Shown here one piece after another: positions 8,711 through 16,147 of a stretch of 26,445 nt of DNA. The notes below the pieces were generated by a model that was not told the origin of the DNA, searched no databases, and saw nothing but the letters and a program-made list of their open reading frames with translations. The stretch's first letter is position 1. The number at the start of each line of letters is the position of its first letter. Origin of the DNA: a virus (Duplodnaviria > Caudoviricetes). A program made the translations under genes and the position numbers. The DNA lies in IMG/VR virus record IMGVR_UViG_3300020161_000014, positions 1 to 26,445 of that record; one strand, 5' to 3'.

Positions 8711-9322
8711 ATGAGTTACAACGTAGTTTTTGCACAAGGTACGGTTACCGTCACCGTGCCAGCCGGCGAGAAAATCGCCGTTCAAGCCTACTCATCGGCT
8801 TCCGTGTTTCAAGAAGTTGGTTATCCCAATTTCCCAGAGTCACAGGATCTGCTGCAAGTAGTCGATAACACCACCTATGTGTCCGCCGCATTTACCAATG
8901 CCACCAGCGTGACCATCCAGGCCGGTGCATCGGGCGCGCTTTACGCTGTGGGTGTTGCGCCTGACATCAACAACAACGGCAACTGGCAGCCCCAGGGCGC
9001 GCCTGCCAACATTGCTGATGGCGCTGCAATGGCGGCAACTGCTGCCAATGTGCTGACAGGCATCATCACTGCAACGCCAACTGCTGGTCGTGACATCCAG
9101 TTGCCAACAGGCGCTTCGCTTGACCTGGCAACCGAGTGGGCAATCGGTGATTCGTTTGACTTCAGCGTGATTACTTTGGCTGCATTTGCTTTGACCCTCA
9201 CGGTCAACACAAACGTGACCATCGTGGGTGCTGCAGCAACTGCTGGCACGTCTGGTGCTTCTGCACGTTTCCGCCTTCGCAAGACTGCTGCTGATACCTT
9301 CATTGTGTATCGGATTAGCTGA
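8711..9322 (+). CDS. Putative virion structural/decoration protein
   Basis: 203 aa, Ala/Thr/Val-rich and beta-type, immediately after the coat. TAAGGA SD. Confidence 0.65.
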   Translation: MSYNVVFAQGTVTVTVPAGEKIAVQAYSSASVFQEVGYPNFPESQDLLQVVDNTTYVSAAFTNATSVTIQAGASGALYAVGVAPDINNNGNWQPQGAPANIADGAAMAATAANVLTGIITATPTAGRDIQLPTGASLDLATEWAIGDSFDFSVITLAAFALTLTVNTNVTIVGAAATAGTSGASARFRLRKTAADTFIVYRIS

Positions 9323-9329
9323 TAAACAG

Positions 9330-9355
9330 ACGGGTCAGCAGAGATGTTGGCCCGT
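9330..9355 (+). terminator. Stem-loop after the head genes (terminator or mRNA stabiliser)
   Basis: ACGGGTCAGCA-GAGA-TGTTGGCCCGT: 11 bp with 2 G-U and a GNRA loop. Poor U-tract. Confidence 0.55.
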
Positions 9356-9372
9356 TCTACATGGGGAACAGA

Positions 9373-9537
9373 ATGCCATTGAAAAAAGGTTATTCATCCA
9401 AGACCATCGGCAAGAATATCTCGATGGAAATGAAATCAGGCAAGCCCCAAAAGCAAGCTGTGGCCATTGCACTCAGCACGGCAAGCAAAGCAGCCAAGGC
9501 CGCGGGTAAACCTGCACCAAAGAAAGCTATGAAATGA
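9373..9537 (+). CDS. Small basic protein, 54 aa (MPLKKGYSSKTIGKNISMEMKSGKPQKQAVAIALSTA...)
   Basis: Translated by hand. GGGGA SD, ATGA overlap with the next ORF. The GKPQKQAVAIA pattern is familiar from phage head regions. Confidence 0.8.
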   Translation: MPLKKGYSSKTIGKNISMEMKSGKPQKQAVAIALSTASKAAKAAGKPAPKKAMK

Positions 9538-9692
9538 AGCAAGGCCTGTATGCCAACATCGCAGCCAAACGTGATCGCATCGCGGCCGGCAGCAAAGAAA
9601 AGATGCGTAAGCCTGGAGCGCCTGGCGCACCCAGCAAAGCCGACTTTGTGGCATCAGCCAAGACAGCAAAGCCAGCAAAGAAAAAGAAATGA
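9534..9692 (+). CDS. Small basic protein, 52 aa (MKQGLYANIAAKRDRIAAGSKEKMRKPGAPGAPSKADF...)
   Basis: Translated by hand. ATGA overlaps at both ends. GLYANI.AKR pattern. Confidence 0.8.
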   Translation: MKQGLYANIAAKRDRIAAGSKEKMRKPGAPGAPSKADFVASAKTAKPAKKKK

Positions 9693-10006
9693 TCAAGTCA
9701 GCTGCCATCGTCAAGACCAAGATTCTCAGCCCCCGGCAAGAGTTGCGGCTGCAAAAGCGCAAGCTGAAGAAGTTACAGACCAAAGAGCGCAAGGCAAACA
9801 AACAAGTCCATCCATCACCAATGAGCAGCCGTGTCCGTCAGGCAGTCGTTGAAGAAGCGCCAAAGGATGACAGCCCCCCGACCCGTGATGAAATGTTGCA
9901 GCAGGCCGAGACGATTGGGCTGAAGGTTGACAAGCGGTGGTCAGATGCAAACCTGTTGAAACACATTGAGGAATTGCAATGGGCTACACAAAACGACAAT
10001 TCATAG
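9689..10006 (+). CDS. Basic protein with a C-terminal HeH/Rho-N-like helical motif
   Basis: Lys/Arg-rich N-half; C-terminal PTRDEMLQQAETIGLKVDKRWSDANLLKHI. Confidence 0.65.
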   Translation: MIKSAAIVKTKILSPRQELRLQKRKLKKLQTKERKANKQVHPSPMSSRVRQAVVEEAPKDDSPPTRDEMLQQAETIGLKVDKRWSDANLLKHIEELQWATQNDNS

Positions 10007-10461
10007 ATGCTGCCTTTACAGAGATTGGTCTAGCGTCTTACGTCTTTGATCTACAGCCCGAGCAGCTGCAATCCGCTTTGCGCCGCTTAGATGCAATGAT
10101 GGCCGATTGGAACGCCAAAGGCATCCGTCTGGGTTATCCATTGCCATCAAGCCCCCAGGATAGCGACCTAGACGAAGAAACCAACGTCCCTGATTCAGCT
10201 TACGAAGCAATCATTTGCTCGCTTGGCATCAGGCTGGCGCCTAGTTTTGGCAAGACAGTGATGATCGAGACCAAGACCACTGCCAAACAGGGATACGACA
10301 TATTGCTCCAAAGGGCCACGTTCCCGCTTGAACAGCAGCTGCCTGGAACAATGCCTGCCGGCGCAGGCAACAAGCCTTGGCGCGTCTACGACAATCCATT
10401 TATCAGGCCACCGGCTAACCCGGTTACTGCTGGCCCTGATGGGCCTCTTGAGTATTACTAA
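9979..10461 (+). CDS. Tail accessory factor / head-tail adaptor (P22 gp4-like)
   Basis: 160 aa. ALRRLDAMMADW..KGIRLGY, LGIRLAPSFG and MPAGAGNK match the gp4 pattern. GAGG SD. Confidence 0.88.
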   Translation: MGYTKRQFIDAAFTEIGLASYVFDLQPEQLQSALRRLDAMMADWNAKGIRLGYPLPSSPQDSDLDEETNVPDSAYEAIICSLGIRLAPSFGKTVMIETKTTAKQGYDILLQRATFPLEQQLPGTMPAGAGNKPWRVYDNPFIRPPANPVTAGPDGPLEYY

Positions 10462-10469
10462 GGACAGTC

Positions 10470-11510
10470 ATGCCAACCATTAACCAGTTACCCGTTCTCA
10501 GCACGATTTCCAGCGGCGATCAGTTACCCGTCTATTCGCCCAACAACGGGGATGCAAGACGCACCAGTATCGGCAGTTTGCTGACGTTCTTCCAGCAGAG
10601 TTTTGCATCGCCTACGCTGTCAACAAATCTCTATGTGCCTGGCTCTGGTTTCAACATCACTGTTCCGACCCCGGTAAGTCAAGACCAGTGGATGCTGCTG
10701 CAACCCGCTGGAACTCTGGCAACCGGCACGATCACGCTGCCACTGAACACTGGCGTGCCTGATGGCACTACCGTGCTGATCACGACAACGCAAGAGATCA
10801 CCTCACTGACCATTGCGCTGAACGGTGCAACAGCCATTTTTGGTGGCGTTTCGTTCTTAGGCGCAGGCACTGCAACAGCAATCAGGTTCTATCAGCCGAC
10901 AAACTCTTGGTATCAGATCAACGCCGATGCAGTTTATGCGGCCGGCATTCAGGCTTTCTTAGCCACGCCATCAAGCGCCAATCTACGGGCAGCAATGACC
11001 GATGAGACCGGCACAGGGCTTTTGGTGTTTGCAACCAGCCCGACGCTGACAACGCCGGTAATCACAAACCCAACAGTCAGCACTGGCACATTCACCAGCC
11101 CTGCATTGGTGACGCCAGTAATCGGTGCAGCCACCGGCACTAGCTTGGCAGTAACTGGTGCAGTCACATCATCTGGCACGGCAGGCGTAGGCTACGCAAC
11201 GGGCGCAGGTGGTACTGTTACCCAAGGAACTAGCCGCACCACGGGCGTGACGCTAAACAAAACAACTGGTGCAATCACGCTGTTTAGCGCAGCAGGCACA
11301 ACCACTGCGGCAACCTTTACTGTGACCAACAGCACCGTGGCGGCAACGGATGTGATCATCCTCAATCAAAAGTCAGGCACGGATCTATACGACCTGATGG
11401 TGACAGCAGTGGCCGCAGGAAGTTTCAACATCACATTCAGAACCACTGGTGGCACTGCCACTGAAACTCCGGTCTTTAACTTTGCAGTGATCAAGGCCGT
11501 GAGTGCGTAA
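10470..11510 (+). CDS. Putative virion fibre/structural protein
   Basis: Thr/Gly/Ala-rich. DETGTG.LVFATSPTL.TP fibre motif with 10-aa periodic repeats and a beta-rich C-terminal domain. Confidence 0.65.
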   Translation: MPTINQLPVLSTISSGDQLPVYSPNNGDARRTSIGSLLTFFQQSFASPTLSTNLYVPGSGFNITVPTPVSQDQWMLLQPAGTLATGTITLPLNTGVPDGTTVLITTTQEITSLTIALNGATAIFGGVSFLGAGTATAIRFYQPTNSWYQINADAVYAAGIQAFLATPSSANLRAAMTDETGTGLLVFATSPTLTTPVITNPTVSTGTFTSPALVTPVIGAATGTSLAVTGAVTSSGTAGVGYATGAGGTVTQGTSRTTGVTLNKTTGAITLFSAAGTTTAATFTVTNSTVAATDVIILNQKSGTDLYDLMVTAVAAGSFNITFRTTGGTATETPVFNFAVIKAVSA

Positions 11511-11797
11511 TGAAAACGCCAGCCTTTGCCAGAAAAGAAGGGCAGAATCCAAAAGGCGGATTGAACGCCAAGGGTAGAGCCGCTGCCAAGGCCGCAGGCA
11601 TGAATCTGAAGCCTCCGGTCAAGTCTGGAGACAATCCGCGCCGTGCGTCGTTTCTGGCCCGTATGGGTGGCAATCCTGGCCCTGAGTACAAAGATGGTGA
11701 ACCAACTCGACTGCTGTTGAGTCTGAGGGCATGGGGCGCATCGTCTAAAGCTGATGCACAAGCTAAGGCAAAACGCATTTCAGCGCGGAACAAGTAA
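11510..11797 (+). CDS. Small basic phage protein (DUF6321-like)
   Basis: RKEGQNPKGGLNAKGR...RRASFLARM...SLRAW. TAATG overlaps at both ends. Confidence 0.75.
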   Translation: MKTPAFARKEGQNPKGGLNAKGRAAAKAAGMNLKPPVKSGDNPRRASFLARMGGNPGPEYKDGEPTRLLLSLRAWGASSKADAQAKAKRISARNK

Positions 11798-13200
11798 TGC
11801 AAATTCAAATATTGAACGGCATATATGCTGACAGCACACCGGAGCTGCGTACCAGCTATCCCGTCAACCTTGTGCCAGTGCCAAAGCAATCAGGCATCAG
11901 CGCCGGGTTTCTTCGCCCTGGTGACGGTCTTGTGGCCAACGGCACAGGCCCAGGCATTGACCGAGGCGGTATTGAGTGGGATGGCGTTCTGTATCGCGTG
12001 ATGGGTACGAAGCTGGTAGAGATCGACAGCGCAGGCACTGTGACGGAATTGGGTGATGTTGGTGGTCCGACAACAGAACTGGTGACCTTTGATTACAGCT
12101 TCGACCTGCTGGCGATTGCATCGGGTGGGCGGCTGTATTACTGGAATGGCACAACACTTACGCAAGTGACAGATCCCGATCTGGGCGTAGTGCTTGATTT
12201 CTGCTGGGTGGATGGCTACTTCATGACCACCGATGGCGAGTTTTTAATCGTCACAGAGTTGACCGACCCGCTTATCGTTAACCCGCTGAAATACGGCAGT
12301 TCTGAGGTTGATCCCGACCCGGTAGTAGCATTGCTCAAGCTGCGAAACGAGGTCTATGCGCTCAACAGACACACTGTGGAAGTGTTCGACAATGTGGGCG
12401 GTGAGTTATTCCCATTTGCTCGGATTGATGGAGCGCAGCTACAAAAGGGCGTGATTGGAACGCAAGGTTGCTGTGTCTACATCGAGCGCATTGCCTTTCT
12501 TGGTAGTGGCCGAAACGAAGCACCAGGCATCTACCTTGGCGCAGCAGCAACCACCCAAAAGATCAGCACACAAGAGATTGACAATCTGTTGTTGAACTAC
12601 AGCGAGGCGCAGCTGGCCCTGGTCAAGCTGGAAGCACGCAACGACAAGGCGCATCAGCACCTGTACGTTCACCTTCCAGACAGAACTATCGTTTATGACG
12701 CAGCCGCATCGCAGGCGCTGGAAGATCAAGTCTGGTTCACACTGACCACCACCGTGTCAGGCTTTGCCCAATACCGCGCAAGAAACATTGTGTGGGCCTA
12801 CGATAAATGGATGATTGGAGATCCACAGTCCAGCACCATCGGTTACTTTGTGCAAGACACCGGCCACCATTGGGGCCAGCAAGTGCGCTGGGAATTTGGC
12901 ACATTGATTGTCTACAACGAAAGCAACGGGGCGTTGTTCAACAAGCTGGAATTGGTCAGTCTTACCGGCAGCGTAGCACTCGGCAAGAATCCGCAGATCA
13001 GCACCAGCTACAGCGTGGATGGCAAGGCTTACAGCCAGGACCGCAGCATCAGCGTCGGCACGATAGGCTCAAACAAGCGCTTGGCATGGTTTCAGCAGGG
13101 GCATATGAAAAACTGGCGCATCCAGCGATTCCGTGGCGATAGCGATGCTCACCTGTCATTCATGCGCCTGGAAGCACAGATTGAAGCATTGGCCTACTGA
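11797..13200 (+). CDS. Packaged-DNA stabilisation / tail hub protein (P22 gp10-like)
   Basis: 467 aa. PVNLVP, FLRPGDG, RGG, LYRVMGTKL, DGYF and SEVDPD motifs; expected position. Confidence 0.9.
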   Translation: MQIQILNGIYADSTPELRTSYPVNLVPVPKQSGISAGFLRPGDGLVANGTGPGIDRGGIEWDGVLYRVMGTKLVEIDSAGTVTELGDVGGPTTELVTFDYSFDLLAIASGGRLYYWNGTTLTQVTDPDLGVVLDFCWVDGYFMTTDGEFLIVTELTDPLIVNPLKYGSSEVDPDPVVALLKLRNEVYALNRHTVEVFDNVGGELFPFARIDGAQLQKGVIGTQGCCVYIERIAFLGSGRNEAPGIYLGAAATTQKISTQEIDNLLLNYSEAQLALVKLEARNDKAHQHLYVHLPDRTIVYDAAASQALEDQVWFTLTTTVSGFAQYRARNIVWAYDKWMIGDPQSSTIGYFVQDTGHHWGQQVRWEFGTLIVYNESNGALFNKLELVSLTGSVALGKNPQISTSYSVDGKAYSQDRSISVGTIGSNKRLAWFQQGHMKNWRIQRFRGDSDAHLSFMRLEAQIEALAY

Positions 13201-14063
13201 TGGCAACCGCGCCTATCTCTCGCCGGCTCAATCTCACGCGAGATCAACTTGCAGCGTTTCTGACCGACCAACAGCAGATACGACAGTTTGAGTTGTTGTT
13301 TTCCACGGTTGACACCTTACAAGTGATCGTCGGCACTGACTTTGAATATCAGGCAGACACGGCGGCAGCAAATGCCAACAACGCACTGGCGCAGATCAGC
13401 GCATTGGCGCAAGAGGCGGCAGTCAGCGCAGCAGTTATTGATGGCAAGACAATTCTGGCACTAGATCAGATTGCCGATCTGACACAGCAAACATCTGTCA
13501 GCATCGCGTCAGCAGAGAACAAAGTCAATCAGGCGATGGCCCTACTCGCTCAACTGACAGCGGCTGTAGAAGGGCTACAGATGACACCAGCCCCGCGAGA
13601 GTTCAAGCGCAGCAGATACGGATCGTTTTACGACACCACAACACAGACGGCCACGGTTATCAACACGGCCAAGGCCATCACGTTTAACACGACTGATCTA
13701 AGCCAAGGAGTGTTTTTGTCGACCACATCAAGGGTGATGGTGGACACTGAAGGCGTTTATAACTTCGACACATCATTTCAGCTTGATAAAACGGCTGGTG
13801 GCACAGGAATCTTTGACTTTTGGTTTCGTTTAAACGGTGTAGATGTAGCAGACAGCGCCAGCAGAATTAGAGTTCAGGGCAACAATGCCGAAGTTTTTTC
13901 ATCGTTAAATTATTTCTTTGACCTCAAAGCAAATGATTATGTTGAACTGATGTTTTCTGTTGATGATCTTACCGTTGAACTTACTGCTTTTGCTGCGGCT
14001 GCACCACATCCAGGCATCCCGAGCATCATTCTCACTGTCAACAATATCGGAGGTATCCAATGA
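13200..14063 (+). CDS. Putative tail needle (gp26 position): coiled coil plus a C1q/TNF-like knob
   Basis: Ala/Gln heptad region, then YGSFYD..ITFNT..EGVYNF....Q..DYVEL beta-sandwich. Follows gp10. Confidence 0.55.
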   Translation: MATAPISRRLNLTRDQLAAFLTDQQQIRQFELLFSTVDTLQVIVGTDFEYQADTAAANANNALAQISALAQEAAVSAAVIDGKTILALDQIADLTQQTSVSIASAENKVNQAMALLAQLTAAVEGLQMTPAPREFKRSRYGSFYDTTTQTATVINTAKAITFNTTDLSQGVFLSTTSRVMVDTEGVYNFDTSFQLDKTAGGTGIFDFWFRLNGVDVADSASRIRVQGNNAEVFSSLNYFFDLKANDYVELMFSVDDLTVELTAFAAAAPHPGIPSIILTVNNIGGIQ

Positions 14064-14395
14064 CTGTATCAATTAAGGTGCTGATTCCAGCAAAGCAAGC
14101 CGAAAACGCTCAGACTACGCAGTACACAGCGACCAACTGCAAGGCTCTGATCGACAAGTTCACCGCCACCAACACATCGGCCGGCAACGTCACGATCAGC
14201 GTCAACCTAGTGACTAGCGGTGGAAGTGCGGCTACATCAAACCTGATTGTGGATGCTAGAAGCATTGCACCGGATGAGACCTATACCTTCCCAGAGTTGG
14301 TTGGCCAGGCGCTGGAGCCATCAGGGTTTATCAGCACCATTGCCAGTGCAGCCACCTCATTGACCATCCGCGCATCAGGCCGCGAAATCACTTAA
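14060..14395 (+). CDS. Hypothetical beta-rich virion protein
   Basis: 111 aa, GGAGG SD, ATGA overlap. Confidence 0.7.
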   Translation: MTVSIKVLIPAKQAENAQTTQYTATNCKALIDKFTATNTSAGNVTISVNLVTSGGSAATSNLIVDARSIAPDETYTFPELVGQALEPSGFISTIASAATSLTIRASGREIT

Positions 14396-14404
14396 AGGAC
14401 AGCC

Positions 14405-14803
14405 ATGAAAGAATTTATGATGATCCCAAAGGGCTTTGCCGGCCTGCCAATGGATGAAGAATTCTTGACTAACGCTGAGAACAAGAAGAACTACGCCATC
14501 GCGGTACAAGATTGGAACTACGGTCCTGAAATGCCAACCAACGAGCCAGGCGCAAACAAACCGTTTTATGCAAGGTTGGCAGAGGCCATGCAGTGCAACG
14601 AGAAGGATGCAAGGCGCAAGCACTGCTCAAACTGCGAATACTACGACAACACCTTTATGGCCCAGGTGCGGATTGAGCGCATCCCGATGGCGTCTTACGA
14701 CAAAGGCGCAGGGTTCAGGGGTCACTGCGAAAAGCTGAATTTCATTTGCAACGATATGCGGGTTTGCCAAGCGTGGGAAGAGCGCGAATCTGAGATGGAT
14801 TGA
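14405..14803 (+). CDS. Cys-rich metal-binding hypothetical protein (HiPIP-like spacing)
   Basis: AAGGA SD. C-x2-C-x30-C-x6-C-x5-C-Q-A-W. Confidence 0.7.
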   Translation: MKEFMMIPKGFAGLPMDEEFLTNAENKKNYAIAVQDWNYGPEMPTNEPGANKPFYARLAEAMQCNEKDARRKHCSNCEYYDNTFMAQVRIERIPMASYDKGAGFRGHCEKLNFICNDMRVCQAWEERESEMD

Positions 14804-14827
14804 CCAAATGCTGAAATGTGGGAAAAT
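14800..14827 (+). promoter_or_regulatory. Possible sigma70/extended -10 promoter
   Basis: TTGACC (14800-14805), 16-nt spacer, TG-G-GAAAAT (14819-14827), in one of the few intergenic gaps. Confidence 0.35.
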
Positions 14828-14832
14828 GATGG

Positions 14833-14857
14833 TGCTGAGTTATGGCATCCAGCGGCC
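14833..14857 (+). promoter_or_regulatory. Circularly permuted copy (4) of the pseudoknot motif
   Basis: TGCTG-AGT-TAT-GGC-ATC-CAGCG-GCC. TGCTG/CAGCG and GGC/GCC cross-pair; the GGC-ATC, GCC and AGT parts are the same as in copies 1-3. Confidence 0.45.
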
Positions 14858-14878
14858 TGCCCTTAACAGGAGTTGTGC

Positions 14879-15316
14879 ATGACTGATTGGCTCAAAGAGA
14901 ACCTGCAAAGGATTCTGCCAGCGCCAGCCGTTGATTGGCTACTCATGCTATATGAGGCCATCCAGGTCTTTGACGATGTTGCAGACGGTGAGTCAGTTGA
15001 GCGCGAAGACCTCAATTCGGTGATCTGGAATACGCTGGTTGGCATGAATCAGAATTCATTCTGGATGGCCAATTCTCACAATTTAGCGCCAGTTGTTGCC
15101 ACCGCTATTTTGAAATGGCAAGCCTCAGATCATGTCGAGCGCATTGGAAAAGCAGATGCCAAGTCGTTTGTTTGGCGTGCTGGGTACTACGATGTAGTTC
15201 TAATGGCGGTTGCACTGTGTCACGGCACACAAAAAGCGACCAAGATCGCGCATGAAATTATGGCGCTGTACGGTGAAAAACTTGAAGATTACATGAAGGA
15301 GTTTGATCATGCCTGA
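14879..15316 (+). CDS. Helical DDxxD-containing hypothetical protein at the P22 gp14 position
   Basis: AGGAG SD 6 nt before ATG 14879. IQVFDDVADG motif; predicted all-alpha. Confidence 0.75.
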   Translation: MTDWLKENLQRILPAPAVDWLLMLYEAIQVFDDVADGESVEREDLNSVIWNTLVGMNQNSFWMANSHNLAPVVATAILKWQASDHVERIGKADAKSFVWRAGYYDVVLMAVALCHGTQKATKIAHEIMALYGEKLEDYMKEFDHA

Positions 15317-16145
15317 TCCGATAACAGCCCTAACGGTAGGAGGCGGTCTAATTGGCAGTCAAATGACGTCAAGCGCTACCCGAAGCGCATCAGAGACACA
15401 GGCAGGTGCAGCCCAAGCCGGCATTGATGAGCAACGCAGGCAGAATGAAGCTGTTCAGCAATTGCTTGCACCTTACGTCCAGGCTGGAGGTGGAGCGCTT
15501 GGGGCTTACTCACCTTATCAACAAGCTGGCGCAGGAGCATTGCCAACACTCCAACAATACGCGCAGGCCGGCGCACCCGCACTTGAGCAGCAGCAGGCTT
15601 TAATCGGTCTCAGAGGCCCAGAAGCACAGCGCCAAGCCATAGCAGGCATCGAGGGCGGGGGAGAATTCAAAGCCCTGTCAGAGCGAGCAAGAAATTCACT
15701 TTTGCAAGGCGCATCTGCCACGGGTGGATTACGTGGCGGAAACATCCAAGGCGCACTTGCACAGTTTGAGCCACAATTGTTAAGCCAATTGATCAACCAG
15801 CAATATGGCAGGCTCGGAGGCTTGGCAGCAACAGGCGGCACGGTAGCGCAAAATCTGGCATCAAGTGGGCTTAGTGCAACGGGTGAACTTGCAAGGATTG
15901 GCCAGGCATCTGCTGCTGGTGTTGGTACGGCTGGAACGCAAACCGGCGCAAACATTGCCAATCTGTTAGGTAATCAAGGCGCAGCTACGGCTGGTGGCAT
16001 CATGGGACAAAGCCAAGCGTTTAATTTTCCCGGTATGTTTGGCACTATTGCTAGAGGCCTTCCAACTTTTGCGCCGGCCGTTAGCGACAACGGGTACAGC
16101 ATCGGACAGGGCAGCGCTTATGGCGGTCAACGGGCAGGGTTTTAA
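15309..16145 (+). CDS. DNA ejection/transfer protein (P22 gp7-like)
   Basis: GGAG SD before ATG 15309. Gly/Ala/Gln-rich; LAPYVQAG and ASATGGLRGGN motifs; first of three ejection-type genes. Confidence 0.8.
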   Translation: MPDPITALTVGGGLIGSQMTSSATRSASETQAGAAQAGIDEQRRQNEAVQQLLAPYVQAGGGALGAYSPYQQAGAGALPTLQQYAQAGAPALEQQQALIGLRGPEAQRQAIAGIEGGGEFKALSERARNSLLQGASATGGLRGGNIQGALAQFEPQLLSQLINQQYGRLGGLAATGGTVAQNLASSGLSATGELARIGQASAAGVGTAGTQTGANIANLLGNQGAATAGGIMGQSQAFNFPGMFGTIARGLPTFAPAVSDNGYSIGQGSAYGGQRAGF

Positions 16146-16147
16146 TC

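Noticed and set aside
8696-8713. Coat stop is in frame with the next gene (TAA GGA AAA ATC ATG), suggesting readthrough
   Set aside because: TAA is a tight stop, TAAGGA is the SD of the next gene, and the same spacing recurs at 23411-23425.
7991-8785. 264-aa minus-strand ORF and other antisense ORFs over structural genes
   Set aside because: Shadows of strongly codon-biased plus-strand genes.
9228-9852. Track ORFs 9228-9509 and 9550-9852
   Set aside because: The alternative frames 9373-9537 and 9534-9692 have an SD, ATGA coupling and recognisable phage motifs.
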